Origin: an uncultured delta proteobacterium
GTDB lineage: Bacteria; Myxococcota_A; Polyangia; Polyangiales; Polyangiaceae
DNA: 64,000 nt
Direction: 5' to 3'
Assembly (NCBI GenBank): GCA_963696385.1
Contig: CAVOKF010000005.1
Coordinates: 384,001-448,000, forward strand
The stretch's first letter is position 1. Each line of letters opens with the position of its first letter. The position numbers and the translations under genes are program-made. The notes beneath the pieces were generated by a model that saw only the letters and a list, made by a program, of their open reading frames with translations, was not told the DNA's origin and ran no database searches. Shown here piece by piece: positions 33,259 through 44,254 of this stretch.

Positions 33259-33986
33259 CGGGTGAAGCGAACCGCACGCCGATCTCGCCGCCGGACGCGC
33301 CGCTCCTGGAGCCACTTTGGGTTTCCGTGGACGTTACAATGGGGGTCGCGGCCATCGTATTCACGACCCCGTCGGCTTGGCATACGACCCTCGTGGCCTT
33401 TGCCTTCCTTGCGGCGACGTGGAATCTCGTGTGGCGCCACGACGACGCGTGCGTGCGGCGAGCCGGGCTTGCGCTCGGGGGACTGCTGATCCCCGGGCCA
33501 ATCGATGTGCGCGCGCTTCTCCGGAACGTGTGCCAAGCGCTCGGCTGGGGCATCGGTATGTCGGCCATCGTCGCCGTCCCATTCTTCGTCGCCTGGCGGC
33601 TATGGTGGGGCTCCCGGCTTGCCTTTGCCCTGAACGTGCGCCCCGCGCAGGCTCTCGACGAGAGCCTGGGTCAGCTCCTCATGATTGCTCTCCCCGAAGA
33701 GGTCTTCTACCGGGGTTACCTGCAATCGCGCCTGAACGAAGCCTGGCCGCCTCGCTGGCACGTCCTCGGGGCGGGGGTCGGACCGGGCCTGCTCGTTTGC
33801 GCGACGATCTTTGCGCTCGGGCACATCGCAACCGTGCAGTTGCCGGCGCGGCTCGCCGTTTTTTTTCCCGCGCTGCTCTTTGGGTGGCTTCGAGCGCGGA
33901 CCGGCGGCGTCGGCGCGAGCATCGTGTTTCACGCGTTCTGCAATCTGTACTCGCAAGCCCTCGGCCGCGGCTTCGGCGTCTACTAG
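33246..33986 (+). CDS. CPBP (CAAX/Abi) glutamic intramembrane protease, myxosortase-like candidate
   Basis: PEEVFYRG, IFALGH and FHAFCN motifs; multiple TM helices. Confidence 0.85.
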   Translation: MSQLTGEANRTPISPPDAPLLEPLWVSVDVTMGVAAIVFTTPSAWHTTLVAFAFLAATWNLVWRHDDACVRRAGLALGGLLIPGPIDVRALLRNVCQALGWGIGMSAIVAVPFFVAWRLWWGSRLAFALNVRPAQALDESLGQLLMIALPEEVFYRGYLQSRLNEAWPPRWHVLGAGVGPGLLVCATIFALGHIATVQLPARLAVFFPALLFGWLRARTGGVGASIVFHAFCNLYSQALGRGFGVY

Positions 33987-34171
33987 AGCCGTTGAGTCGG
34001 GAAGAGCTTGCTCACGTACGCAGTCTCGCGGGGCCTTGGGGCAAAGCCCCGAGGAAATCATCGAATACACCGCCAACCCGCAACGCAGGCGTACCCCCCG
34101 CAGCGGGCCACCGTTCAGCGGGGCGCTGTACGAAGAGGGCCGATCGCCCCGCATGCTATGAAAACGCGCGG

Positions 34172-35027
34172 ATGAGCGCACGTTTCGACCTGCCGGAATT
34201 CGTCATCGATCGCGTCGTGGCCGTCGCGCTCGAGGAGGACCTCGGATTCGGGCGACCTGACGACCGAGGCGTGCGTCGATCCCGACGCGTCGGCGGTGGC
34301 CCACGCCGTCGCGCGCGGTCCACTCGTCGTATGCGGCGGTTCGGTGTTTGCGCGAAGCTTCACGCGGGTCGATCCCTCGCTCGTCGTTGCGGTGCACGTG
34401 GACGACGGGGCCGAAGTCGGCGCGGCCGCGCGAATTTGGACCGTACGCGGTCGCGCGCGTTCGATCCTCATGGCCGAACGCGTGGCGCTCAACCTGGTGC
34501 AGCGCATGTGCGGCGTCGCGACGATGACCCGTGCCTACGTCCAGGCCGTTCCCGTTGGGGCCAAGGCGCGCGTGACCGATACGCGCAAGACCACTCCGGG
34601 CCTCCGCGCTCTGGAAAGGTACGCGGTCCGCGTCGGTGGCGGCCACAACCATCGCGATGACTTGGGCGCAGCCGTTCTCATCAAAGACAACCATCGCGCG
34701 GCCTGCGGAGGAACGCGGCAGGCCATCCAGCGAGCAAGGGCGGCCGCACCGCACACCACGAAAATCGAATGCGAGGTCGACTCCCTCGATCAGCTTGACG
34801 AAGCGGTCGCCGCGGGGGCCGATATTGTTCTGCTCGACAACATGTCGACTCGATCCATCGAAGAAGCTGTCCGGCGGGTCGGCGACCGAGCTCTCGTCGA
34901 GGCTTCTGGGGGCGTGACCCTCTCCCGGGTCCCCGAGGTCGCCAACGCGGGGGTCGACGCGATCTCCGTCGGCGCGTTGACGCATTCGGTGTCGGTGGCG
35001 GACATCGGGCTGGACTTCGAATCGTGA
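34172..35027 (+). CDS. nadC: Quinolinate phosphoribosyltransferase, frameshifted near 34248
   Basis: ALEEDLG lies in one frame; GDLTTEA…ERVALN…DTRKTTPG…LIKDNH…LLDNM…ISVGALTHS lies in another. Confidence 0.9.
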
Positions 35028-35824
35028 AGGCCATGGCCATGGATTTGGAACGCGCTGCCGCTCTCGTCGCCGAGCGCGGCACGATGCTCGGTCGTCCACT
35101 GGTCTTGTTGCCGACGGCAACGTCGACCAACGACCTAGCCCTCCGGGCTGCCCGAGAGGGAGCGGCCCATGGAGCGACCTGGGTCGCCGAAGCGCAGACG
35201 GCCGGCAGGGGACGGCGCGGTCGTGCCTGGCTCTCCGTGTCGGGCGAGAGCCTCCTCTTTTCGGTCCTCTTGCGTCTTGTTTGCCCGCCGGCGAAGTTGC
35301 CCCCGATCGGATTGCTCTGCGGGCTGGCAGTGCGCGATGCGGTGGCGCGTGCGGCTCCGGGGGTTGCCATCTCGATCAAGTGGCCGAACGACGTGCTGGC
35401 GGCCGGTCGCAAACTGGCGGGCGTGCTCGTCGAGGCCGTGACGGTCGGCCCACGGGTCGAGGCGGTGGTCGTCGGGATCGGTATAAACGTGCATACGCGA
35501 TCATTTCCGGACGACCTGGCGGATAGCGCGACCTCCGTGGGGATCGTCGTCTCGGGTGGCGCGCCGCCCGACCGCGGTATGTTGCTTGCGGACGTGCTCC
35601 AGTCGATCGATCACGATCTGCACGTCGTCGTCGCCCGAGGCCTCGGCGTACTTCGCGAGCGCCTCGCCGCCGCCGACGTCCTGCGCGGCCGTCGGGTTCG
35701 AAGCGATTCGGGCGAGGAGGGGGTCGCCGCCGGAGTCGACGACGAAGGCCGCTTGCTCGTACGAGCCGACGATGGCGTGGTCCAGCGCTGGGCGGCCGGA
35801 GAAGTGAATCTGGTGAAAGGCTAA
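35024..35824 (+). CDS. birA: Biotin-protein ligase (no N-terminal HTH)
   Basis: STND, QTAGRGRRGRAW, IKWPND, KLAGVL, GIGIN. Confidence 0.95.
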   Translation: MKAMAMDLERAAALVAERGTMLGRPLVLLPTATSTNDLALRAAREGAAHGATWVAEAQTAGRGRRGRAWLSVSGESLLFSVLLRLVCPPAKLPPIGLLCGLAVRDAVARAAPGVAISIKWPNDVLAAGRKLAGVLVEAVTVGPRVEAVVVGIGINVHTRSFPDDLADSATSVGIVVSGGAPPDRGMLLADVLQSIDHDLHVVVARGLGVLRERLAAADVLRGRRVRSDSGEEGVAAGVDDEGRLLVRADDGVVQRWAAGEVNLVKG

Positions 35825-35834
35825 GGAATCGGCC

Positions 35835-36638
35835 ATGGCGTTGCCGGAATCACCACGATGCGCGATCACGGGCGCCGGCAACGGCTTCGGCCGCGCGCTG
35901 GCGCTCGGCTTGGCTCGCCGGGGAGCTCACCTCCTCCTGTCCGACCGAAGCGAGGACGATGCACAACAGACTGCGCGAGCGGCCCTCGCCGCCGGCGCCT
36001 CGACGGCGCGCGCGGTGAAATGCGACGTGACACGATACGAGGATGTCGAGGCGTTCGCCGGCGCTTGGGATCTTGCCGCCGACCTCGTCGTCAACAACGC
36101 CGGCGTGAGCAGCTCGGGTCTCGTCGGTGAGCTATCCATCGACGATTGGCGCTGGACGCTTGAGACGAATCTGCTGGGCGTCATCCATGGCTGCCACGTT
36201 TTCGTACCTCGCCTGCGCAGAGAGGGCTGCGGACACATCCTCAACGTCGCTTCGGCCGCCGCGATCGTCGCCCCTCCACGGATGGCGGCCTACAGCGTCG
36301 CGAAGGCCGGCGTCGTCGCGCTGTCCGAGACCCTCGCCGCCGAGCTGGTCGGTACGCGCATTGGCGTGACCGTGCTCTGTCCGACATTTTTCCGAACGAA
36401 CATCGCGAAAGGCGGACGTTTTACGCACGCAGAGGACCGCGCTCGCGGCGAGCGCCTGGTCGACCGCGGCAAGGATCCCGATTTCGTCGTGCGTGCGGCG
36501 CTCGCGTCGGTCGATCGCGGAGAGCTCTACTGTCTACCGATGGCCGACGGCCGCTGGCTTTGGCGGTTGAAACGCCTGACTCCCGAGCGATTTCCCCTCA
36601 TGGTTGGGAGAATGAGCCGGCGCGTACTGCAGAAGTAG
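35835..36638 (+). CDS. Short-chain dehydrogenase/reductase
   Basis: TGAGNGFG, NNAG, NVAS, YSVAK. Confidence 0.93.
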   Translation: MALPESPRCAITGAGNGFGRALALGLARRGAHLLLSDRSEDDAQQTARAALAAGASTARAVKCDVTRYEDVEAFAGAWDLAADLVVNNAGVSSSGLVGELSIDDWRWTLETNLLGVIHGCHVFVPRLRREGCGHILNVASAAAIVAPPRMAAYSVAKAGVVALSETLAAELVGTRIGVTVLCPTFFRTNIAKGGRFTHAEDRARGERLVDRGKDPDFVVRAALASVDRGELYCLPMADGRWLWRLKRLTPERFPLMVGRMSRRVLQK

Positions 36639-36763
36639 CGCACGGAGGCGGACCCAGGTAAGCCCCCAACCCCGTCAAATCGGCTTGGACAAGAGAGCCG
36701 CACAAGGGGCGAAGATCATTAAAGATTCTCGTCGTCGGGGTTCAGGAAGACGAGTCTGATACC

Positions 36764-37033
36764 GTGGCCACAGCCCGTGAAGGGATTCCGAAGACCGCGC
36801 ACCATCGCGAGTCCGCCGCCTTCCGTCGCCTGGCGGTGCAGTTGGGTCATCAGGTGCGCGAGCTGCGACAGAAGCTCGAGTGGACGGTCGAAGAGGCCGC
36901 CGAGCGCTTTGGCATCGAGCCGGCCCACGTCCGCCGCATCGAGGCGGGCCGCACGAACCCCTCCCTCGCCACGCTGGTCAGCATCGCGCATGGGCTCGGA
37001 ACCGATGTCGTGTCGTTGCTGACCCGCCGCTGA
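36764..37033 (+). CDS. XRE-family HTH regulator
   Basis: LGHQVRELR…TVEEAAE…RIEAGRTNPSLATLVSIA. Confidence 0.85.
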   Translation: MATAREGIPKTAHHRESAAFRRLAVQLGHQVRELRQKLEWTVEEAAERFGIEPAHVRRIEAGRTNPSLATLVSIAHGLGTDVVSLLTRR

Positions 37034-37052
37034 GTCGCGCGGCAAAAATCAC

Positions 37053-37436
37053 TCACTCCCCCTCTCGCCCCGTTGCCGCGAGCAGTCTCTTCAGCTCCTT
37101 GACATCGCAAGGTTTGTACAGACAGCGGGCTCCGGTTGCCGCGAGGGGCTTCGCGTACTCGGGCGCGACGCCCCCTGTCGTGAAGACGAAGGTGGCGGCT
37201 ACCCCGGGGTCGATGGCCCGCGTGCGATCGAAGAGCTCAATCCCCGTCATGCCGGGCATCATCACGTCGCAGAGCACGAGATCGAAGCGCTCGCCGCTCG
37301 CGATCCGCCGCAGGGCATCGGCTCCGGAGACGTCGGTGACGACGTCCGCGTCGAACTCGAAGACCCGAGCGAGGGCGCGTGCAACGTCGGGGTGATCGTC
37401 CACGATGAGGAGACGCGGTCTGCGGCGCTCGGCCAT
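37053..37436 (-). CDS. Single-domain response regulator
   Basis: LIVDD, LCDVMMPGMTG, FTTG, KP. Confidence 0.92.
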   Translation of the reverse strand: MAERRRPRLLIVDDHPDVARALARVFEFDADVVTDVSGADALRRIASGERFDLVLCDVMMPGMTGIELFDRTRAIDPGVAATFVFTTGGVAPEYAKPLAATGARCLYKPCDVKELKRLLAATGREGE

Positions 37437-37447
37437 TCGGCTTGGGG

Positions 37448-37453
37448 ATTATA
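37448..37453 (-). promoter_or_regulatory. Candidate -10 box for the response regulator
   Basis: Perfect TATAAT on the minus strand 11 nt before the ATG, within the AT-rich near-palindrome ttatagatcatataa. Confidence 0.5.
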
Positions 37454-37742
37454 GATCATATAAGATCGAGATGAACACGGGCTTTGGCGCGCCGCGGGAG
37501 GCCGATCCGGCACGCAGGCTGGCCCGGGCGCCCTGCCCGATCGGATTTGTCGCGCAGAAGTTTCGCGAAACATCCGGTTGTCCTAGCCGGCTCAATTTCG
37601 TATAAGCGCGCGCTGCGGCTTCCACTACCGCTCCGTCGTCGCTCCCGCTTGGCAGGCACCTCGTTCGCGCTCGCATGCGCAGAGGCCCTGGCGCACCGCA
37701 AGTTTCGCCGCGTACCAATGTGCCCGGCGCCCCCGACCCATC

Positions 37743-38384
37743 ATGCAAATCTTTCCTCGCTCCCTGAACAAGCTACCGCTGGTCGTGGGCGCGGCCGCGA
37801 CGTTGGGCCTCGTCGCGGTGACGTTCCTCATTTGGTACTACTTTTCGCCCTGGTTCACCCAGGTAGGCTATTCGCCTCGGCAGCCGGTGCCGTATTCCCA
37901 CCGGCTGCACGTCGGCCAACTCGGGATGGACTGCCGATACTGCCACGTCAACGTCGAGCGGGGGCCTCTCGCGATGGTGCCGCCGACCGAAACCTGCATG
38001 AACTGCCACCAGGTGGTGAAGACCGAGTCTCACGAACTGGATCCCATCCGAAACTCTTGGGAAACAGGCAAGGCTTTGGAGTGGGTGCGAATCCACAAGC
38101 TGCCCGACTACGTCTATTTCGACCACAGCGTGCACGTCACAGCCGGAGTCGGGTGCAGCGAGTGTCACGGCCGGATCGATCAAATGGAACGGGTGCGGAT
38201 GGTCCAGCCTTTGAGCATGGGGTGGTGCATCGAATGCCACCGTGACGTGCGGAAGAATCAGGGCGACAGCGAGCACATTCGGCCGGTCGCGCAGATGACG
38301 AACATGCAATGGAAGCACGACGGCCACGTGGACCCGCCGCGCCAGCTCAATCCGCCGGAGAATTGCATGGGGTGCCATCGATGA
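37743..38384 (+). CDS. actA: Alternative complex III pentaheme cytochrome c
   Basis: N-terminal TM and five CxxCH (CRYCH, CMNCH, CSECH, CIECH, CMGCH). Confidence 0.93.
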   Translation: MQIFPRSLNKLPLVVGAAATLGLVAVTFLIWYYFSPWFTQVGYSPRQPVPYSHRLHVGQLGMDCRYCHVNVERGPLAMVPPTETCMNCHQVVKTESHELDPIRNSWETGKALEWVRIHKLPDYVYFDHSVHVTAGVGCSECHGRIDQMERVRMVQPLSMGWCIECHRDVRKNQGDSEHIRPVAQMTNMQWKHDGHVDPPRQLNPPENCMGCHR

Positions 38385-41300
38385 GCAAGCGAGCGCCGTA
38401 CCCCTCGCGCGATCCGTGGCCCGGGTCTCCTGCCTATTGGCGAAGCCTCGAAGAGCGCGGTCGCTTGGCGGATCCTGCCCTCAGTGTCGCCGTCGATGGC
38501 GTCGAGTTTGCCAAAGGCCATGTCGACACGCCACCGAGCGATGAAGCGCTGTCCGTTAGCCGGCGCGGTCTGCTCGGCGCGATGGCGGCGACGTTTGCTG
38601 CGGTGGGGGCCGAGGGGTGCCGGCGACCGATCGAAAAGATCGTGCCCTACGCGCAGATGCCGGAAGACGTGGTTCCCGGCGTGCCGTCGCACTATTCGAC
38701 CGTGATCGGTCGCCGTGGCGAGGCGCTGGGTCTCGTGGTCGAATCCCACGAGGGTCGGCCCACGAAAGTCGAAGGGAACGACCTGCATCCTGCCAGCCTG
38801 GGGGCGGCCGACATGATCGCTCAGGCCGCGATCCTCGAACTGTACGACCCCGAGCGTTCGACGACGCCGCGGAGGTCGGGCGTGGCCGCGTCCTGGGCGG
38901 ACTTCGAGCAAGACTTTTTGGGGCGACTCAAGGCCTTCGACAGGGACCAGGGCGCGCGCCTTCGGGTGCTCATGCCGCCAACGTTATCGCCCACCGTGCT
39001 TCGGGTTCGAGCGGCGCTTGCGGAGCGATTCCCCAAGACCCGCGTGCACACGTGGTCCGCCGTCAGCGACAGCAACGTTCGCGAAGGAGCGCGGATCGCG
39101 TTCGGTCAGCCGATGACGCCGCTCTACTCGTTCGACAAGGCGAAGGTCATCGTTTCGCTCGACAGCGACTTTCTTCAGACGGAATCGGGCAATGTCCGGT
39201 CCACGAGGCAATTTGCCGCCGGACGCCGTCTTCGTTCAGCGAAGGACAAAGACGCGACCCGAGACCCGATGACCCGGCTGTACGTCGTCGAGCCGTCGCC
39301 GACCACGACGGGCGCAAACGCGGATCACCGCTTGCGGCTGCGGGCAAGCGACGTGGAACGATATGCGATTGCGCTCGCGGCCGAGCTCGTGAAGCGAGGT
39401 GTTGCGCTCGGGCCGGAACTCGAACCGGTCGTGGCCCGACACGCGACCGCAAATGGGATTCCTCCCAAGTGGCTCTCGGTCTTGGCGAAGGAGCTTGCTT
39501 CGAACCTGCGGACCGCGCTGTTCGTGGTGGGCTCGCGGCAGCCGGCCAGGCTCCACGCGCTCGCGCACGCGCTCAACTCGGCGCTCGGCGCCATCGACTC
39601 AGTGGTCCATTTCGTGCCGGTGACCGATCCGGACGAACTGGACGCGGCGACCGATCTCAAAGCTCTCGTGGGCGCGATCGATGAGGGTCGCGTCGATGCC
39701 CTTGTGATCCTCGGAGGCAATCCGGTCTACGATGCGCCCGCGGATCTCGCGATCGGATCGAGACTTGCGAAAGTTCCGTGGACCGTGCATGCGTCGCTTC
39801 ACGTCGACGAGACGAGTGAGAAGACCACGTGGCACGTTCCCCGGGCGCACGAGTTCGAGTCGTGGGGCGATGCGCGCTCTCTCGACGGCACAGTGAGCAT
39901 CCAGCAGCCGCTCATCGCCCCGCTCTACGCCGGTCGAAGCGACATCGAATTCCTCGCACTTATGGCCGGATCGCCCGATCGGTCCGGCCACGACGCGGTG
40001 CGCACCACCGCCTTTGCCGAAACTCTCGCGGCCCGCTCGGTCACCTGCGGCCCGTTCGTGGACTACAAGGCAGATTGCCACGACGGTTCGGGGAAGTCGC
40101 TCACGCTGGGATCGTGGGCAGTCGACCGGGAATGGAACCGTGCGCTGGCGAACGGCGTGCTCAGCCGACCCAAGCCGCCGCCGCGCGCGGGCGTGCTGCG
40201 ACGCGGCGACGTGGCGGCAGCGCTCGACGCGCACGGATCCCCGCCGCTCTCGGGTCCAGATGCGCTCGAAGTGACGTTTGCTCCCTGCCCGAAGATGGTC
40301 GACGGGCGCTACGCCAACAATACTTGGCTGCAAGAGACGCCGGATCCAATCACGAAAATCGTGTGGGACAACGCCGCAATCGTCTCGCAGGCGACAGCGA
40401 ACGCGCTGGGCGTCGCCAACAAAGACATCGTTCGAATCGAGTCGGGGGAGCGCTCGATTGCGGCTGCTGTTTGGGTGGTCCCCGGACAGGCCGATCGATC
40501 GCTTGCATTGACGCTCGGCTGGGGACGGGCGAGAGCCGGCCGGATCGGCGACGGCCGAGGGTTCGACGCCTTTCCGCTCCGGACGACCGATGCGCTCGGG
40601 TTCGTCGTTGGCGCGAAAGTGTCCAAGACCGGGGACGCGCCCTATCGATTTGCGCAGACCCAGGAGCACGACTCCGCCGAGAACCGCCCCATTGCCCATG
40701 AAGCCACGCTCGCCGAGTACCGGATCAAGGGCAACTTTGCCGAGCTCGATTCACCGCCTCCGCGAGCTTTGCCGCTGTGGTCGCAAGCGGACTACAGCAA
40801 GGGTCACCAATGGGGGATGTCGATTGACTTGAACGCGTGCACGGGCTGCAGCGCGTGCATCGTGGCCTGCATGTCGGAAAACAACGTGCCGGTGGTCGGC
40901 AAAACCGAAGTCTGGCGCGGCCGGGAGATGCATTGGCTACGAATCGACCGCTACTGGGTGGAAGATCCGAAGCACGGAGCGACGGCCGACGATCCGCTCG
41001 TCATCCATGAACCGGTGATGTGCGTGCACTGCGAAGAAGCGCCGTGCGAGAACGTGTGCCCCGTCAACGCCACGACACACGGCCCGGAGGGGCTGAACGA
41101 GATGGCGTACAACCGGTGCATCGGAACGCGCTACTGCGCGAACAACTGCCCTTACAAAGTTCGCCGTTTCAACTATTTGAACTGGCACAACGACTCGGTC
41201 TGGAAGGAGACGGGCGGGCTGCCGGAGACGTTGCAGATGCAGCAGAACCCGAACGTCACGGTGCGCTTCCGCGGTGTCATGGAAAAATGCACCTACTGCG

Positions 41301-41554
41301 TGCAGCGCATCCAATCCGCCAAGATCCGGGCGAAACGCGAGTCGCACGAAGTGCATGACGGCGACATCAAGACCGCCTGCCAGCAGACGTGTCCGGCCGA
41401 GGCGATCGTCTTCGGGGATCTCAATGATCCGAAGAGCCAAGTGACGACCTGGTCGCGGACCGATCGGCGCTTCGGTCTGCTGTCCGAGCTCGGAACGCGC
41501 CCCCGCACGACGTATCTCGGCAAGATCCGCAACCCCAATCCGGAGATGGCCTGA
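38381..41554 (+). CDS. actB: Alternative complex III ActB (molybdopterin-oxidoreductase-like domain + Fe-S domain)
   Basis: YWRSLEE, Tat-like SRRGLL…[31 protein letters not shown]. Confidence 0.94.
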   Translation: MSKRAPYPSRDPWPGSPAYWRSLEERGRLADPALSVAVDGVEFAKGHVDTPPSDEALSVSRRGLLGAMAATFAAVGAEGCRRPIEKIVPYAQMPEDVVPGVPSHYSTVIGRRGEALGLVVESHEGRPTKVEGNDLHPASLGAADMIAQAAILELYDPERSTTPRRSGVAASWADFEQDFLGRLKAFDRDQGARLRVLMPPTLSPTVLRVRAALAERFPKTRVHTWSAVSDSNVREGARIAFGQPMTPLYSFDKAKVIVSLDSDFLQTESGNVRSTRQFAAGRRLRSAKDKDATRDPMTRLYVVEPSPTTTGANADHRLRLRASDVERYAIALAAELVKRGVALGPELEPVVARHATANGIPPKWLSVLAKELASNLRTALFVVGSRQPARLHALAHALNSALGAIDSVVHFVPVTDPDELDAATDLKALVGAIDEGRVDALVILGGNPVYDAPADLAIGSRLAKVPWTVHASLHVDETSEKTTWHVPRAHEFESWGDARSLDGTVSIQQPLIAPLYAGRSDIEFLALMAGSPDRSGHDAVRTTAFAETLAARSVTCGPFVDYKADCHDGSGKSLTLGSWAVDREWNRALANGVLSRPKPPPRAGVLRRGDVAAALDAHGSPPLSGPDALEVTFAPCPKMVDGRYANNTWLQETPDPITKIVWDNAAIVSQATANALGVANKDIVRIESGERSIAAAVWVVPGQADRSLALTLGWGRARAGRIGDGRGFDAFPLRTTDALGFVVGAKVSKTGDAPYRFAQTQEHDSAENRPIAHEATLAEYRIKGNFAELDSPPPRALPLWSQADYSKGHQWGMSIDLNACTGCSACIVACMSENNVPVVGKTEVWRGREMHWLRIDRYWVEDPKHGATADDPLVIHEPVMCVHCEEAPCENVCPVNATTHGPEGLNEMAYNRCIGTRYCANNCPYKVRRFNYLNWHNDSVWKETGGLPETLQMQQNPNVTVRFRGVMEKCTYCVQRIQSAKIRAKRESHEVHDGDIKTACQQTCPAEAIVFGDLNDPKSQVTTWSRTDRRFGLLSELGTRPRTTYLGKIRNPNPEMA

Positions 41555-42993
41555 TGGCGTACTGGGAGCCGGTAACCGAGCTCGGTGAGGCGGCTTTCGT
41601 CCAGCCGGGCAGCACGCTGCAGGACATTACCAACGACATCGCCCGCGTCAGCGAGACGCGGGCGCCGCGGGGTTGGTGGATCTGCTTTCTGCTGGCTCTA
41701 TCGTTCTCGGGTATCTTTCTATTCTGCGTCGGTTACCTCTTCTGGCGCGGGGTCGGCGTGTGGGGAAACACTGCGCCGGTCTATTGGGCATGGGACATCA
41801 CGAACTTCGTCTGGTGGGTCGGAATCGGCCATGCCGGGACGCTCATTAGCGCAATCCTGTTCATCTTCCGGCAGCGGTGGCGAACAGCGATCAACCGTTT
41901 CGCCGAGGCCATGACCATCTTCGCGGTCATTTGCGCTCTCATTTTCCCGGGCATTCACGTCGGCCGCCCGTGGCTTCTGTACTACGTCTTTCCGCTGCCG
42001 AATCAGATGTCGGTGTGGCCGAACTTCAAGTCCCCGCTCCTCTGGGACGTCTTTGCCGTCGGCACCTACTTCACGGTCTCGCTTCTCTTTTGGTACACCG
42101 GGTTGATTCCCGATCTGGCGACGCTACGCGACCGTTCCATGGATAAGTGGCGTCAGCAGATTTACGGCTTCCTCGCCCTCGGCTGGAGGGGCAGCAATCG
42201 TCATTGGCAGCACTACGAGCGTTGCTACCTCATCCTCGCCGGCATTTCGACGCCGCTTGTGCTGAGCGTCCACAGCGTCGTCTCGATGAACTTCGCGACG
42301 AGCGTCATCCCGGGATGGCACACCACGATATTTCCGCCCTATTTCGTCGCGGGGGCCATATTCAGTGGCTTTGCGATGGTCGAGACCGTGCTTCTCATCG
42401 CCCGCTCGGTGTTCAAGCTGCACCGAGTCGTCTTGATGCGGCACCTCGAGCTGATGAACAAGTTCTTGCTCTTGACCTCGCTCCTCGTCGGGTACTCCTA
42501 TTCGATGGAGTTCTTCATCGCTTGGTACTCCGGCAATCCGAACGAGATCGCTCATTTCTTCGTGAACCGGCCGACCGGTCCCTACTGGTGGGCCTGGGTG
42601 TGGATGATTGGCTGCAACGTCTTCGTGCCGCAGCTGTACTGGTCCAGGAAAATGCGAACGAGCATCCCGGTGATGTTCGTCGTATCCATCCTCATCAACA
42701 TCGGAATGTGGTTTGAGCGTTTCGTGATCATCGTGTCGTCGCTCAATCGCGACTTCTTGCCGAGCGCGTGGGGCTATTACCGGCCGACGATCATCGACGT
42801 CGGCACGTTCGCCGGCACGATTGGCGTGTTTTTCACCTTCTTTCTTTTGTTCATGCGCTGGCTCCCGATGGTCGCGATGGCGGAGGTCAAGGGCACGATG
42901 CCGCAAGCCGATCCGCACCTGGCGTCCCACCGCAAGGTGGACGGCGTCCCGGCATCCGCGCACGGCGAGCTCCTCGCCGAGGGGGCGGAGTGA
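41554..42993 (+). CDS. actC: Alternative complex III ActC (NrfD family)
   Basis: [42 protein letters not shown]. Confidence 0.94.
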   Translation: MAYWEPVTELGEAAFVQPGSTLQDITNDIARVSETRAPRGWWICFLLALSFSGIFLFCVGYLFWRGVGVWGNTAPVYWAWDITNFVWWVGIGHAGTLISAILFIFRQRWRTAINRFAEAMTIFAVICALIFPGIHVGRPWLLYYVFPLPNQMSVWPNFKSPLLWDVFAVGTYFTVSLLFWYTGLIPDLATLRDRSMDKWRQQIYGFLALGWRGSNRHWQHYERCYLILAGISTPLVLSVHSVVSMNFATSVIPGWHTTIFPPYFVAGAIFSGFAMVETVLLIARSVFKLHRVVLMRHLELMNKFLLLTSLLVGYSYSMEFFIAWYSGNPNEIAHFFVNRPTGPYWWAWVWMIGCNVFVPQLYWSRKMRTSIPVMFVVSILINIGMWFERFVIIVSSLNRDFLPSAWGYYRPTIIDVGTFAGTIGVFFTFFLLFMRWLPMVAMAEVKGTMPQADPHLASHRKVDGVPASAHGELLAEGAE

Positions 42994-43568
42994 TGGAAGC
43001 GAAAGCTGCGGCGGCTGCGCGTCGCACCCCGGCACTCGTACTCGCCGAGTTCGAGACCGCGAGCGGCGTGCTGCACGCGGCCGAAAGGGTTCGTCAATCG
43101 GGGTATGTCCGCTGGGACGCGCACACCCCGTTTCCCGTGCACGGCATGGACCGAGCTATGGGCTTGAAGGACTCGCGACTGGGGTGGATCGTCCTGGCGT
43201 GCGCTCTCACCGGGCTGTCCGGGGCCTTCGTCATGATGAACTGGATGAATGGGGTCGATTATCCGACCGTCGTCGGCGACAAGCCGCCGGGCGCCCCCGG
43301 CACGGTCCCGTCGATGGTTCCCATCCTGTTCGAGCTAACGATTCTCCTTTCGGCGTTCGGCGCCGTGCTCGGGATGCTGTTTCTCAACAAACTGCCTCGT
43401 CATCACCATCCCATCTTCGCTTCCGAAAGGTTCCGGCGCGCGACCGACGATCGCTTCTTCATCTCGATCGATGCCGAAGACCCGAAGTTCGACGTCGACG
43501 CGACGCGCGCGTTTCTCGAGGCCGCTCACGCGAGTCACGTCGAGTTGATCGAGGAGGACGCGTCGTGA
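42993..43568 (+). CDS. actD: Alternative complex III ActD
   Basis: DAHTPFPVHG, two TM helices, FELTIL, DDRFF. Confidence 0.9.
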   Translation: MEAKAAAAARRTPALVLAEFETASGVLHAAERVRQSGYVRWDAHTPFPVHGMDRAMGLKDSRLGWIVLACALTGLSGAFVMMNWMNGVDYPTVVGDKPPGAPGTVPSMVPILFELTILLSAFGAVLGMLFLNKLPRHHHPIFASERFRRATDDRFFISIDAEDPKFDVDATRAFLEAAHASHVELIEEDAS

Positions 43569-44254
43569 GGCTCGCGGGCGCGGCAGTCCCGCTGCAGCGG
43601 CGATGGATTTCGCCGATGCATCTCGCACTTCCATGGGTCCTCCTGGGGTCCTTGGCCGGTTGCCGCGAGCAGGTCGGTTCCGATCCGCCCATCTTGCTGG
43701 AGCGGAACATGTACGACACCGAGCGGTACAATCCGGAGTCGTACTCCCAGTTCTTCCCGGATCACCGGACGATGCGTCCTCCCGTTCCGGGAACGATCGC
43801 GCGCGACCGGTACGAAGACGATTCGGCCATCAACAGCGGGCTGGTTGAAAACCAAGATGCGTACGTGATGACGGTGCCGCCGGCCGTGGTTCAGCGTAGC
43901 GGCGGCATGGAAAAGCTCGTCGCGCGCGGGCAGGACCGCTTCAACATCTACTGCGCCCCCTGTCACGGTCAAACCGGCGACGGCAAAGGCATGGTTGTCT
44001 GCAAGCGGCAGAACAGCACGGACGCCTGTCAGTCGCGGGGGTTTCCACCTCTGCCGTCGTACGAGGACGCGCGACTCCGGCAAATGCCCGACGGTCAGCT
44101 TTTCGCGACGATCACGCACGGGGTGCGCACGATGCCGGCGTATGGAGCCCAGATTCCGAAGGCGGATCGATGGGCCATCGTTTCGTACGTACGGGCTCTC
44201 CAGATGAGCCAGATGGGCACCCCTGCCACCCCCCAAATGGAGCCCAAGAAGTGA
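43565..44254 (+). CDS. actE: Alternative complex III ActE monoheme cytochrome c lipoprotein
   Basis: LAGC lipobox, CAPCH, MPAYG, DRWAIVSYVRALQ. Alternative start at 43616. Confidence 0.9.
   Translation: MRLAGAAVPLQRRWISPMHLALPWVLLGSLAGCREQVGSDPPILLERNMYDTERYNPESYSQFFPDHRTMRPPVPGTIARDRYEDDSAINSGLVENQDAYVMTVPPAVVQRSGGMEKLVARGQDRFNIYCAPCHGQTGDGKGMVVCKRQNSTDACQSRGFPPLPSYEDARLRQMPDGQLFATITHGVRTMPAYGAQIPKADRWAIVSYVRALQMSQMGTPATPQMEPKK

Noticed and set aside
37654..37668. Sigma54-like GG-N10-GC (AGGCACCTCGTTCGC) upstream of actA
   Set aside because: Only a partial consensus match; such matches arise often in GC-rich DNA.
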